DNA of 64,000 nt from Alphaproteobacteria bacterium (GCA_965261735.1 OZ253470.1:3168001-3232000); one strand, 5' to 3'; numbered from the stretch's first letter, positions 1-10,754 are shown. Notes: generated by a model not told the origin, from the letters alone. Translations and numbers: made by a program.

Positions 1-474
1 GCGGTTGCGGCACGTCTCCAGAGTCGGGTCGCGTAGCGCCGAGGTCGCGTTCTTGTACGAATTGCCAAAGCCCTCGGTGGAACGCTCGGGCGGTAGGAAC
101 ATGCGGCGCGCGGCGTTGATGACCATCTTGTCGACCTTGTCGGGACGGTCGAAGTAAACGAGCGCGGCGATGGTGCCGCCGTGCGAGTGGCCGCACACGT
201 GGAAGCGGTCGACACCGAGCTGGTCGATGAGCTTGACGATGTGCTCGGTCATCTTGGGATGAGGCGCGCCGCCGTCGAGGCCGGCAAAGCCGGTGAAGCC
301 GTGGCCGATCATGTCGGGCGCGTAGACCGTGAAGTGCTCGGCCAACGCGTCGATGTTGCGGGTCCAGCTGTCGGCCGAGATGCCCAGCCCATGGATGAGA
401 ACGAGCGTCGGCCCCGAGCCTTCGTAGAAGTAGCGGGTGCGGATGCCGTCGACGTCGGTAAAGGCCACGCGCAT
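1..474 (-). CDS. alpha/beta hydrolase (3' end runs off the window)
   Basis: Manual translation from ATG at 474: MRVAFTDVDGIRTRYFYEGSGPTLVLIHGLG...VYAPDMIGHGFT...GHSHGG. It has the HG oxyanion motif and the GxSxG nucleophile elbow. Not in the ORF track because it is open to the window edge. Confidence 0.85.
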   Translation of the reverse strand, partial: MRVAFTDVDGIRTRYFYEGSGPTLVLIHGLGISADSWTRNIDALAEHFTVYAPDMIGHGFTGFAGLDGGAPHPKMTEHIVKLIDQLGVDRFHVCGHSHGGTIAALVYFDRPDKVDKMVINAARRMFLPPERSTEGFGNSYKNATSALRDPTLETCRNR

Positions 475-500
475 GGCGGGTCCCCTTGTTGAGGAGTTGG

Positions 501-1592
501 CTAGAGGCTGTAGAGTTCGGCCGCGTTGGTGGCGACAATGCGGGCCTGGTCGGCCTCCGGCATGCCCTCGAAGATTTGCGCCACCGCGCTATGCGCATTG
601 AGGCCGATGGAGCGTACGTGGGGGTAGTCCGAACCCCAGAGGATCCGGCTCACGCCGACGTGCGGAATGGTCTCGCGCGCGAGTGGATCGTCAATAATTC
701 CCTGCCAGATGCGGGTGCGCAGGTAGTCGCTGGCCTTGAGGTCGAGCTGCGGCAGCGGCATGCGCTCGGCGAAAGCCGTCTGCATCTGGTCGAGGCGCCA
801 CATGAAGTGCGGAATCCATGACAGCTCGAACTCGCTGCACACGATCTTGAGGCGCGGGAACCGGTCGAGGATCTTGCCGAAGATGAACTCGTTGGCGAGC
901 ACGTCGGCGATCTCGAAGAACGCGAACAGCATGGTGCGAGGTGATTCCTCGTGCTCCTCGGCGGTGTGGAAGCCGAAGGGCGAGGGCGTGCGGCCGGCCA
1001 GCGAGTGCAGCGTAAGCGGGATATCAAGCTCCTCGGCGCGCGCCCAGAACGGGTCGTAGACCGAGTCGCGGTAAGGCGGGCAGCCCTCGGGTGCAAGGGT
1101 GTTGATGATGGCCCCGCGGAACCCCATCTTGCTGATCCGCTCGAGCTCGCCTATCGCCCAGTCGACGTCATCCATCGGTACCATGCCGATACCGACGAGC
1201 CGCTTCGGATCGTAGGACGCGAACTCGCCGAGCCAATCGTTGAAGACTCCGGCGGCCGCGCGCAACACCTCACCGGGGTGGGAGCGGAACAGGATCAGGC
1301 CCAGCGTGGGGTAGAGGAGCTCCGACTCGACATCGGCCTCCTCCTGGAAGCGCACGCGGCGATCGGGCATGAAGCCCGCTTCGCGCGATCCCGGGCCGGC
1401 CTCGGCTTCGGGGTCGCCAAGCCGTAAGACCTCGCGACCGGAAAAGAAGAAATGGCCGTCCCGGCCGCGGTAAGAATCGAGGCCGCGGGGCGTTTGATCG
1501 CCGAATCTGTCGCCCAACGCCCGAGCCCAGAGGTCTAACGGTTCGTTGACGTGCGAATCGGCTGAGATCACCCTGTCAAACGCACTGGTCAT
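501..1592 (-). CDS. amidohydrolase family protein (amidohydro_2 type)
   Basis: ISADSH metal motif, PLTLH, ILWGSDYPH. Confidence 0.85.
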   Translation of the reverse strand: MTSAFDRVISADSHVNEPLDLWARALGDRFGDQTPRGLDSYRGRDGHFFFSGREVLRLGDPEAEAGPGSREAGFMPDRRVRFQEEADVESELLYPTLGLILFRSHPGEVLRAAAGVFNDWLGEFASYDPKRLVGIGMVPMDDVDWAIGELERISKMGFRGAIINTLAPEGCPPYRDSVYDPFWARAEELDIPLTLHSLAGRTPSPFGFHTAEEHEESPRTMLFAFFEIADVLANEFIFGKILDRFPRLKIVCSEFELSWIPHFMWRLDQMQTAFAERMPLPQLDLKASDYLRTRIWQGIIDDPLARETIPHVGVSRILWGSDYPHVRSIGLNAHSAVAQIFEGMPEADQARIVATNAAELYSL

Positions 1593-1722
1593 GGCCCCTC
1601 ATTGCGTGGTGCGCGGATGCGCGGGTCAATGGATAGGCGGATCGCGCGCTTCGCGACGCGCGCGCCGGAGTGAACTAGCCACCCCGGCGCGCGCTTCGCG
1701 AAGGCACGTTTCGGACCGCCGG

Positions 1723-2880
1723 TTAACTGCCCGTTCGGGGCCAGTTGTGCGTGACACCGCCCTCGCCGATCTGAATCAGAACGGCACTGGGCCGGTCGAC
1801 ATCACCGACCGCGCTCCACGTGACCGTGCCGCTGATGGCCTCGTAGTCCTTGACCCGTAAGAAGGCGTCGCGGATCGACTTGCGGCTCAGGTCGGTCGCC
1901 GTGTTGAGGACGTGCGCGACGATGTGCGTCGCGTCGTAATAGGCGGTGACGATGTTGTCGGGCGCCGCATCCATCTTGCCCGACATTTCGCGCCACAGCT
2001 TGACCCAGTTCTGGACTATCGGTCGCGGGTCGTCGGCGGCATAGAGCGCGTAGCCGATGGCCCCCTTGGCGTGGCCCTTGGACAGCTTCCAGAAGTCGAC
2101 GTTGCTGGTGACCGTGTCCGAGACCGCCTGGGCATCGACGCCGCGATCGCGGAGCTGCAACAGGAACGTCCCGGCGTCGCCGGCCTGATGGGTGAGCACG
2201 ACGGCTTCAGGCTTGGCCGCCCGGATTGCCGCCACCTGCGAGGCGAAGTTGGTTTCCTTGCCCCTGAACGAGGTCTCGGAGACGATCTCGAGCCCCTGTT
2301 CGGCGAGTACCTTTCTCAAGACGAGGTTGTTGTTGACGGCGTACTCGTCGTCCTGGGTGTGCGAGATGGCGAACCGGCTAATGCCGAGCACCTTGTGCAC
2401 CTTGGCGATCATCGAGGGGTAGACCTTGCTCGCGATCGGTTGGTAGCGAAAGGTCCACTCGCCGAAGTCCTTGTGCGGCCAGTTTCCGGCGGAACTCGGG
2501 TTGAACACCGTAATACCGCACTTGTTGGTGTCCTCGTAAATGGCGAGCGTGCTCTTGGTGGCGCCGATGCCGTAAATCAACGGCACGTTGGGGTCGTTGC
2601 ACAGGCGGCGGAACTCGCTGATCCACTGGGCGGTATCCGGAAACCGCGTGTCGATCTTGTAGAACTCCAGCGGGCGGCCCTTGACGCCACCGGCCTTGTT
2701 GATCTCCTCGACCGCCGGCACGAGCCCGAGGTTCCACGCGCGCTCGCCGTACTCGATGTACGGGCCGCTGAAGGTATAGGCGAACGGCAGCCTGAGCGGC
2801 TCCTTCGACTGCGCCGACGCGGTCCCCGTCGCTACGACGGCCAGCGCTACCGCGGCCGCAACTGTTGATAACACCCTCAT
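1723..2880 (-). CDS. ABC transporter substrate-binding protein, branched-chain amino acid (LivJ-like) family
   Basis: Signal peptide MRVLSTVAAAVALAVVATGTASA; EEINKAGGVKGRPLE; NFASQVAAIRAAKPEAV. Start moved to ATG 2880. Confidence 0.85.
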   Translation of the reverse strand: MRVLSTVAAAVALAVVATGTASAQSKEPLRLPFAYTFSGPYIEYGERAWNLGLVPAVEEINKAGGVKGRPLEFYKIDTRFPDTAQWISEFRRLCNDPNVPLIYGIGATKSTLAIYEDTNKCGITVFNPSSAGNWPHKDFGEWTFRYQPIASKVYPSMIAKVHKVLGISRFAISHTQDDEYAVNNNLVLRKVLAEQGLEIVSETSFRGKETNFASQVAAIRAAKPEAVVLTHQAGDAGTFLLQLRDRGVDAQAVSDTVTSNVDFWKLSKGHAKGAIGYALYAADDPRPIVQNWVKLWREMSGKMDAAPDNIVTAYYDATHIVAHVLNTATDLSRKSIRDAFLRVKDYEAISGTVTWSAVGDVDRPSAVLIQIGEGGVTHNWPRTGS

Positions 2881-3058
2881 TGGGTTCCTCCCTGGTTCAT
2901 TCGATTGTTGGCGTCCCGCAACATAGCATGGCGCCGGCGCGTCGCCAACCATCGCTGGTGCTTGCACGGCTTTGGACCAAGGCCTCTGGACCACCGTATT
3001 GTCGGACCCCTGAAGTGGGGAGGCTCCGCGTACGTGCCGGGCTCGCCGCGGCAGCAAT

Positions 3059-3228
3059 TTGTTCACAGCATCCCGGCAGTGAGTATTAACGAAGTAGCTA
3101 GTTAACGAATCTCACAAAATGTTGATCGATTTTCTGTGGATAACTCCGTGGATTACTCTGTGGATAAAATTGTAGACCCTTGACCGATATAAAACCGTCC
3201 GTTAAGGACACGTTAACGCGACGTTTAC
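3059..3228. promoter_or_regulatory. cluster of DnaA boxes, CtrA boxes and a GANTC site
   Basis: TGTGGATAA at 3135-3143 and 3159-3167 (perfect DnaA boxes); CGTGGATTA 3147-3155; TTGTTCACA 3059-3067; TTAA-N7-TTAA 3202-3216 with an overlapping TTAA-N7-TTTA; GAATC 3107-3111. Confidence 0.65.
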
Positions 3229-3242
3229 CGAACCCCGCTACT

Positions 3243-3960
3243 AGGGTCCGGACTCACTACAGCCACCAGATGACGGCGGCGGCAAGGGCGATTGCGGCGA
3301 TGAAGTTTTTGATGTTGCGGTCGAAGCGAGTGGCTATACGGCGCCAGTCCTTGAGGCGGCAAAACATGCGCTCGATGATGTTGCGCTGCCTGTAGACGGT
3401 CTTGTCATAATGGTATTGGACCTTGCGGTTCTTGCGCGGTGGGATGACGGCCGTGGTTCCGCGTTCTGCCAGCCAGTCGCGCAGGGCTTTGCTGTCATAG
3501 CCCTTTGTCGGCGACGAGTTCGGCGGCGGGCGGCATGGCTTCGATACAGCGCTGGGCGACCTTGCAATCATGGACGTTTCCTGGCGTCAGGAGCAGGACG
3601 AGGGGCCTGCCTTTCGCATCGCAGACAGCGTGGAGCTTGGTGTTGCGGCCCCCCTTGGTGCGGCCGATGCCATGGGCCAAGGCCCCCCTTTTCCGCCGCC
3701 GGCGCAGCGATGAACCTTGATGCAGGTTGAATCGATGAACAGCCGGTCGGGGACGTCTTCGCCGCCCGCCCGCGCGCTGAATATCCGTTCCCAGATGCCG
3801 CGCTCCGCCCAGCGTACAAAGCGGTTGTAGAGCGTCTTCTTCGGTCCGTAGACCTCACGCGGACAGTCGGCCCAGCGCCCGCCATTCCTCAGGGCATGGA
3901 CGATCCCGCTCAGCACCCGGCGATCGTCAACGCGCGCCATGCCGCGCGTATCCGTCGGCG
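3243..3960 (-). mobile_element. IS5-family element, 5'-truncated and frameshifted
   Basis: OrfA PTDTRGMARVDDRRVLSGIVHAL...LFIDST; OrfB GRTKGGRNTKLH...LVADKG/YDS...RNIIERMFCRLKDWRRIATRFD. One end is CTAGGGTCCGGACTCA at 3241; the other end and the N-terminus are missing. Confidence 0.85.
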
Positions 3961-4014
3961 CCGCGGACCGGATCCCGATCATTGTGCGGTATCGGCGGCG
4001 ATCCGGGTCGGAGA

Positions 4015-4944
4015 TTAACCCGGCGCCGGAGTGCGGGCATGGAGGCCGGCGGCTCGAACGGCGGCGCGGCACGCGAGAAACAGAGGCATCAACGCTAGGC
4101 CGGAAAGGTCGGCTTGGCCCTCGAGATAAGCATTGAGCACGATATTGGCGTGGCCTTCGAGCTGACGATGCCACAGGTCCATGAGCAGGAACGCGAGGTC
4201 GTAGAGCACGTCGATACAAGCGATACGCTCGTTGAACTCGATGGCATCGAACAGGGTCGGCCGCCCCTCCCACAGGAAGATGTTGCGCAGGTGGAGGTCG
4301 CCGTGGCACAGGCGCACGAAGCCAGCTCGACGCCGCGACTCCAAGAGCGCGGCGTTAGCGGCCACGGCGGCGCGTGATGCCCCGGTGAGCCGGTCGACGC
4401 GATCGCGCGAGAAGACGCGCCCGGCAAAAGCCTCGAGCTGGCGGGCATCGCCGTCCACGACCTCCCTCATCGCGTCGGCGCCGCCGCAGTCGTGGCGGCG
4501 CTCTGCGGTGGCGTGGAAAGCCACGATGACGCGGGCGAGTTCGTGCGTCAGGGGTCCGCGGAGCGCGCCACGGAGGGCGAGGCGGTCGAGCAGGGTCTCC
4601 TCGTCGAACCGGTTCATTTCAACGATCCAGTCGACCGGCTCGCCCTCGCCGCCGAGCACCAGCCCATCGCCGGCCGCGCGCGCTATCGGCATTGCGCGGC
4701 GGTAGATGCCCGGCGCGGTCTCGCTGTTACGCACGATTTCGGCGGCGCAGGCGGTACGCCTCTTGTCGAGCGTCGAGAAGTCCATGTAGTCGAAGAGCAC
4801 AGCGCGCTTGAGCTTGTAGGCGCGATCGCCGACGAGAAACACGACGGCGCCGTGGGTATCGATCCGCTTTACGGGCCCGACGCTGCCATGTGTGGCCGGG
4901 TCCGACAGGAACGCGATGACCGCGCTCTGATCCTCTGTGATCAT
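4015..4944 (-). pseudogene. aminoglycoside-phosphotransferase-like/AAA kinase bifunctional protein, C-terminal kinase domain missing
   Basis: RAYKLKRAV.FDYMDFSTL, CHGDLHLRNI, FDAIEFN. It ends just after RAAVRA, where homologues continue into a P-loop domain, and abuts the truncated IS5. Confidence 0.7.
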
Positions 4945-5010
4945 CGCCGTCTCCCGACTGGGCGACCGCCCGAGTGGGCGCGCGGGCGCGCGGACCGGTG
5001 GCGTCAGCGA

Positions 5011-5955
5011 TTACGAGAACTCGGCCCGTTCCTCGTCCACGCCCTCTGGGTCCTGATGGATAATGACGTCGGTGTTGGGAAACGCCTCGCGGATCTCTAC
5101 CTCCACCTCGTCGGAGATCTCATGCGCCCGCTTCAGCGAGATGCTGCCGTCGAGCTCGAGGTGAAGCTGGATGAAGGAGTGAATGCCGGCCGAGCGGGTG
5201 CGCATGTCGTGGACGTCTCGGACGTGGGGGTGGCGGAGCGCCAAGTCGCGGATCCGCGCCCGCCTCTCCAGCGGAAACTCGCGGTCGAGCAAGATGTCGA
5301 AGGAGCCGCCAACGATCCGCCAGGCGCTGTACAGAATGTAAAAGGCGACGCCGATCGCGAACAGCGGGTCGAAATAGTGGAGGTCGAACACGGTGGCCAA
5401 CACCAGAGCGGCAATCACGCTGAGATTCATCAGCAGATCGGAGGTGTAGTGGAGCGAATCGGCCGAAATTGCGACCGAGCCGGTACGCCGCACGACAAAC
5501 CTCTGTAACTGGACGAGGGCGAAGGTCAGGGCAATCGAGAACACCATGACGGCGATACCGGCGGGCCCGTTCTCTACCGGCGCAGGCGCGAGCAAACGCC
5601 CTACGGCGTTGATCAGCAGGAAGACGACCGAGCCCGCGATCAGCAGGGCCTGGCCCAGGCCGGCCAAGGGCTCCGCCTTACCGTGGCCGAAGCGATGCTC
5701 GCGGTCGGCCGGCACGAGCGCATGACGGATGGCGAAGAGCGTCACCACGGAGGCCACCAGATCGAGCAGCGAATCGATCGTTGAACTCAGCATCGCTACG
5801 GAGTCGGTGTGTAGCCATGCAACGATCTTGACCGCGGCGAGCACCGCGGCAACGCTGACCGAGGCATACGTGGCGAGCCGTAGGAGGCGACCCGTCGCCG
5901 GGTCGTGGCCGCTTTGCTGCCGCACCGTCATGTTATCGGACTCGCGGACCGGCAT
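5011..5955 (-). CDS. fieF: cation diffusion facilitator transporter (FieF-like)
   Basis: SSTIDSLLD, PADREHRFGHGKAE, ADSLHYTSD, IIHQDP. Confidence 0.85.
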   Translation of the reverse strand: MPVRESDNMTVRQQSGHDPATGRLLRLATYASVSVAAVLAAVKIVAWLHTDSVAMLSSTIDSLLDLVASVVTLFAIRHALVPADREHRFGHGKAEPLAGLGQALLIAGSVVFLLINAVGRLLAPAPVENGPAGIAVMVFSIALTFALVQLQRFVVRRTGSVAISADSLHYTSDLLMNLSVIAALVLATVFDLHYFDPLFAIGVAFYILYSAWRIVGGSFDILLDREFPLERRARIRDLALRHPHVRDVHDMRTRSAGIHSFIQLHLELDGSISLKRAHEISDEVEVEIREAFPNTDVIIHQDPEGVDEERAEFS

Positions 5956-5970
5956 CGCGGCGCCTCCGGT

Positions 5971-6603
5971 TCACGGCGAAAGGAGTACCGATGACCAGCC
6001 TGAGTCGGCGCGCGTGTAGAGCAGACGGTCGTGGAGCCGAGACGGGCGCTCCTGCCAAAACTCGATGTGCTCCGGAACCAGCCGGTAACCGGACCAGAAC
6101 GGCGGCCTCGGAAGCTCTGTCGCCGCGAACTTCTCCGCGTAGCCGTCGAACGCGCGCTCGAGCTCGGCGCGCTCCGATAGCGGCTCCGACTGCTTCGAGG
6201 CCCACGCACCGATGCGGGCATCCAGCGGCCGGGTCGCGAAGTAGGCGTCGGCTTCCGCCTCGCTCACGAGGCTCACCACGCCCTCGATGCGAACCTGCCT
6301 GTTGAGGCTCTTCCAGTGCAGGCACAGGGCCGCTCGAGGATCGCCCTGCAGCTCACGGCCCTTGCGGCTTTCGAGATTGGTGTAGAAGACGAAACCGCCG
6401 CCATCCACCGCCTTGAGCAGAACCATCCTGACCGAAGGCGCGCCGTCGGGCGCCGCCGTTGCCAGCGCCATTGCGTGGGGCAGGCCAGGTTCCGCGGCGC
6501 ACGCCTCGTCGAACCACCTGGCGAAGGTCGTGAGCGGGTCGGCGTCCCCGGCGATGGCCGGGCCGCTCCACCCTCGCGGCGTATCGGACCCCACGTCATT
6601 CAC
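5971..6603 (-). CDS. pdxH: pyridoxamine 5'-phosphate oxidase
   Basis: [36 protein letters not shown]. Confidence 0.95.
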   Translation of the reverse strand: MNDVGSDTPRGWSGPAIAGDADPLTTFARWFDEACAAEPGLPHAMALATAAPDGAPSVRMVLLKAVDGGGFVFYTNLESRKGRELQGDPRAALCLHWKSLNRQVRIEGVVSLVSEAEADAYFATRPLDARIGAWASKQSEPLSERAELERAFDGYAEKFAATELPRPPFWSGYRLVPEHIEFWQERPSRLHDRLLYTRADSGWSSVLLSP

Positions 6604-6791
6604 CCTCGTCGCCTCCGCTCAAGGTACAGTCTCGATAAGCCGTACGTGAGAGGCCCGACGCGAAAATGCCGCGGCCGCATTGCCCGGGCGGGTCTGGTGA
6701 GCCCCACCATCCGTTACTATATAAATGACTTTTGATAGTCGCGCCAAAGTGTCAAAATAAGCAAAACTGGGCTTTCGAAGAGGTGAGTAGG

Positions 6792-7268
6792 ATGAACGGT
6801 ATCAAGTTTGCCGGCCTCGGGGCGATTTTCTTGCTCTTGGCTGCGTGCACCACGGATGCGGGGCCCAAACAGCAGTTGGGCACCATCCTTGGCGGAGTGG
6901 GTGGCGCGGTTGCCGGTGCCCAGTTAGGCTCCGGCAAGGGTCGCCTTGCCGCGACCGCCGTGGGCGCGGTTCTCGGGGCGTTCTTGGGCAACGAGGTCGG
7001 GAAGTCGCTTGATCGCGCCGACCGCATCGCCATGGGGCAGACCATGCAGTCGAGCCTCGAAACGGCGCCCTCGGGGACCACCAGCCGGTGGCACAACCCG
7101 GACACAGGGAATTCGGGGACATTCACGCCGCGGCCGAGCCGCACGACCAGCAGCGGTCAGTATTGCCGCGAGTTTCAGCAGACGGTGACGGTCGGCGGCA
7201 ACAGCGAAGAGGCCTACGGCACGGCCTGTCGCCAAGCGGATGGCAGCTGGCAGATCGTTAGCGGCTAG
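6792..7268 (+). CDS. 17-kDa surface antigen-type glycine-zipper lipoprotein
   Basis: Lipobox LLAAC; glycine zipper GGVGGAVAGAQLG; WHNPDTGNSG, YCREFQQTV, YGTACRQADGSWQIV. Confidence 0.9.
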   Translation: MNGIKFAGLGAIFLLLAACTTDAGPKQQLGTILGGVGGAVAGAQLGSGKGRLAATAVGAVLGAFLGNEVGKSLDRADRIAMGQTMQSSLETAPSGTTSRWHNPDTGNSGTFTPRPSRTTSSGQYCREFQQTVTVGGNSEEAYGTACRQADGSWQIVSG

Positions 7269-7323
7269 GCCTCCGGGCGCACGGGTCGGCACCGAATAGG
7301 AAGGCAATGCGGGGGTAGAGGCG

Positions 7324-8791
7324 ATGACATGGGGGCGGTCCGCCGAGCGGGCGGCACGCGGGGTGCGTGCCGCGGGCGCTCTGTTGTGCGTGTTGGCGCT
7401 GCTGCACGGCAGCACCGTCGCAGCCGAAATCGATGGCCCATTCAAGTCCGGCATAGACGCGTACCAGAGCGGCGACTATGTGGCGGCGTTCAAGGCCTGG
7501 CTGCCACTGGCGCACAGCGGCGACCCCGCCGCTCAACGCAATCTCGGCCACCTCTACCGCATGGGCCTAGGGGCCGGGCAGGACTTCAGCAAGGCCGTGG
7601 AGTGGTACCGGCGTGCCGCCGAATCAGGCTTGGCGCGCGCCCAGGCCAATCTGGGAAACGCCTACCTGCGGGGTCAGGGGGTGGCGCGGAACTATAGGAA
7701 GGCAAAGACTTGGTTCGAGCGTGCCGCCGCCCAGGGCCACACGATCTCCCAGTACAACTTGGCCCTCATGTACGAGAGCGGCCTCGGGATGGTCGCCGAC
7801 GACGCCGAAGCGCTGAAATGGTTCTACCTTGCATCGAAGGGTGGCCACGGCAAGGCTCTGAGAAAGCTGGCTCAACTGATATCGCAGAATGCGCCCGCGG
7901 AGCTCGCGAGCCTGATCGTTGGCGATGCGCGTACGACCGAGGTCGCCGCGGCCAGCGCCGCAGTGCCGGGCGCCGCCTCGGCAGCCGCCCGCACCGCATC
8001 GGCGACACCAGGCGATCACGCGGCGCTGGCCGAGACCGCCCCGAACAACCGCGGCTAAGCCGGCAGCCGGCGAGTCGGCGGTCCCAGCCGCGGCGACGGT
8101 GGCTGTCCTCGCGGCGCCACCAAAGACTCTGGGGCCCGGTGGCCGAGCCGATCGAGCACCCCGCGTTGGAGCCCGCGTGCAGGCATCCCCCTTCTTCGGC
8201 GCCGCCGAATATAGCGACGCGGACGAGCGAGGCCGGCAGTTCCATGCGACCTACGTTCTGGCATCGGCGGCAGCGGGCGCGCCGGCCGATGGTGGCAGCA
8301 ACACCGGCACGAGCACCGAATCGAGGAGTTGGTGGGCAAAGCTCTTCTTTCCCGACGGCGGCGGCAGCGCGGCAACAGCCGCGGCCCGTGATGGCGCGAC
8401 GGCGTCATCAGGCGCGCAGGAGCGGAAACAGGACGTGCACCCGCAGGTGGCGCAAGGACCGAGCGTTGCCGTACCCGTGGTACCGGAGTCGGCCATTCTC
8501 GATGCCGGCCTCATGGCCTATCGCGCACGCGACTACCGCACGGCGATGGCCAACTGGCTCAACCTCGCCGAGTCGGGCAACCACTACGCCCAGTTCTTTA
8601 TCGGCGGCCTCTACGCCGATGGTGCCGGGGTGCCGCGGGACATCGTGCGCGCTGCCGTATGGTGGACCCTGGCCGGCAATCAGGGCCACGACAAGGCGTT
8701 GGAGTTCCTCGCCACGCTCAAGCCGGAACTCACGGCGGAAGAAACGGTCGCCACCAACCTGTTGGTCAGGTCCTGGACCATCGCTGAATAG
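7324..8791 (+). pseudogene. Sel1-repeat protein split by a frameshift near 8044
   Basis: Sel1 repeats in ORF 7324-8058; the low-complexity linker and a further Sel1 repeat (AQFFIGGLYADGAGVPRD) continue in the +1 frame to 8791. Confidence 0.7.
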
Positions 8792-8912
8792 GCGCGGCGT
8801 CCGAGCACGGCGGCGGCGCGTCAACGCCGCGTTAACCATTTGCGTTTATAGGTTAGGTCGCGAGGCAGACGCCCGCCCGCCACGCCCCGCGCCCAACCCG
8901 CCCGAGGTGACG

Positions 8913-9818
8913 ATGAAAGACCTCTACGAAGTCCTCGGTGTTACAAGGAGCGCCAGCCAGGCGGAGATCAAGCACGCCTATCGCAAGCTCGCGAAGGAGC
9001 TTCATCCCGACCTCAACCCCGGCCAAACCACTGTCGCCGACCTCTTCAAGGAGGTCGCGGCCGCGTACACGATGCTTAACGACGCCGAGCGCCGGGCACA
9101 GTACGATCGCGGCCGGATACGTGGTACCGGTACGCGGCGCCGCCCCGGCGCCGAGCCCGCGACGGCGGGCCGCAGGTTCGGTTTCGAGCCCTTCGCGTTT
9201 GGCGCCGCCGCGGCCGAGGACCTATTCAGCGGCCTCTTCTCCGGCCTGGGGCCGACGAGGAAGGCCAGTTTCAAAGCCCAGGGCGCCGACCACAGCTATA
9301 AGCTGCGCGTGAGCTTCATCGATGCGGCGCTTGGCGCCAAGCGCCGGCTCGTGCTGCGTAACGGCCGCGCGGTCGAGGTCGCCATCCCCGCCGGAATCCG
9401 GGATGGCCAGTCGATCCGCCTCAAGGACCGGGGTGATCCGGGATTTGGCGGCGCGGCACCGGGTGATGCGCTGGTTCGCGTGAGCACCGAGCCCCATCCT
9501 TACTTCGGTCGTGAGGGCAACGACATACGGCTCGAAGTACCGGTGACTCTCAGGGAGGCAGTACTGAGAGCGCGAATTCGCGTGCCCACCGTCGCCGGGC
9601 CAGTGTCCATGCGGGTCCCGAAGGGCTCGAACACGGCCCGTGTGCTCCGTCTCCAGGGTAAAGGCATCAAGGATGCGGCGACGGGTGCCCTCGGCGACCA
9701 ATACGTGATGCTCAAGGTCGTCCTCCCCGACAAGACGGACACCGAGCTGGCGCGCCTGATGGCGCAATGGACGCCCCAGGACCCGCGCGGCGTGCGCCGC
9801 GGGCTCTGGCCCCTCTAG
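8913..9818 (+). CDS. DnaJ-class chaperone (CbpA-like, no zinc finger)
   Basis: MKDLYEVLGV...AYRKLAKELHPD J-domain, followed by a DnaJ C-terminal domain. Confidence 0.9.
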   Translation: MKDLYEVLGVTRSASQAEIKHAYRKLAKELHPDLNPGQTTVADLFKEVAAAYTMLNDAERRAQYDRGRIRGTGTRRRPGAEPATAGRRFGFEPFAFGAAAAEDLFSGLFSGLGPTRKASFKAQGADHSYKLRVSFIDAALGAKRRLVLRNGRAVEVAIPAGIRDGQSIRLKDRGDPGFGGAAPGDALVRVSTEPHPYFGREGNDIRLEVPVTLREAVLRARIRVPTVAGPVSMRVPKGSNTARVLRLQGKGIKDAATGALGDQYVMLKVVLPDKTDTELARLMAQWTPQDPRGVRRGLWPL

Positions 9819-9866
9819 GCACCAACACCTCCAAGCCCACAACGGCCCGTGCGGCGCGGTAGTGGG

Positions 9867-10748
9867 TCAGTTTGAATTTATTTTCTGGTAGGGACCGCGA
9901 GGGCCGAGATTCGGGGCCGCTTCGTCGACCAACCGCACGATGTCCTCGATATCCCAGAGCCGATCCGTAACGCCAGCGGCCATCGCCGGGCTGATCTTGT
10001 TCAGGCTCTTATGCTGGCGGCAAAAGTTGTAGTACATGAAGTGCAGCGCCACGCTGTGCGCGTGGTTCGCGATCTTCTTGCTGAATGCATTGGTCGACCG
10101 AGTGAAACGGCGGATCGACATCCGCATGGTCAGGTTGTTGCGCTCGACGTAGCTCGTAGAGACATGGGCGGGGTCCGGCTTGCCCTCGACGCTGCGCTTC
10201 CGCGCCCCGATGCAGGTCGGCGGGCTGTAGCGTTTCTCGCCGTCCTTCGCTTTGCCGTAGATTTTGACGAGCTGGGCATAGTCGACATCGCCGCCGAAAG
10301 CGCCCTCTACGGCTTCCAGATAAGGCTTGTGGCCATCGCTGGTCAGTTGGACCCGATTCTCCAGCCGAGACCGCAGATCGTCCATGAAGTCGATGGCGGT
10401 TTCACCCGAACGATCACCGATCCTCCACGACGGAACTAGCTTGGTGTCGGCGCAGATCGCGGTCCATGTCCAGACATCGCCAGCTTCCACCGGGGCGGAC
10501 TTGGCGCGGGCGACGTTCTTTTCCTTCGCGTAGATGAAGGACCAGATTTCGTCGACTTGTATACGTTCGCACGGCAGATCGCGCAGCGCCTTGTCCTGAT
10601 GGTCGGCGCACGCCTGGCCGGCATCAATCAGGAGCTTGGTGACCGTGTTCTTCGAAACGTCCGCAGTGCGTGCAGTCGCCCGGATGCTTTGGCCTTCGAC
10701 GAGGCACCGGACGATCAGCTTGCGGGTCTTGGGGTCTAGCCTGTTCAT
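9867..10748 (-). CDS. IS1-family transposase (HTH + DDE)
   Basis: IQVDEIWSFI, QLTSDG, STSYVERNNLTMR, FTR.TNAFSKK. Confidence 0.9.
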   Translation of the reverse strand: MNRLDPKTRKLIVRCLVEGQSIRATARTADVSKNTVTKLLIDAGQACADHQDKALRDLPCERIQVDEIWSFIYAKEKNVARAKSAPVEAGDVWTWTAICADTKLVPSWRIGDRSGETAIDFMDDLRSRLENRVQLTSDGHKPYLEAVEGAFGGDVDYAQLVKIYGKAKDGEKRYSPPTCIGARKRSVEGKPDPAHVSTSYVERNNLTMRMSIRRFTRSTNAFSKKIANHAHSVALHFMYYNFCRQHKSLNKISPAMAAGVTDRLWDIEDIVRLVDEAAPNLGPRGPYQKINSN

Positions 10749-10754
10749 GACCAT

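Noticed and set aside
1640-1702. GC-rich inverted and direct repeats between the amidohydrolase and binding-protein genes
   Set aside because: Low-complexity GC; at most an ordinary intercistronic stem-loop.
8821-8836. TCAA-N7-TTAAC upstream of the DnaJ-like gene as a CtrA site
   Set aside because: Single imperfect match; too weak to call.
7710-8912. 702-aa ORF as an extended DnaJ protein
   Set aside because: The first ~400 codons are a shadow frame of the Sel1 gene; the J-domain starts at ATG 8913 after GAGG.
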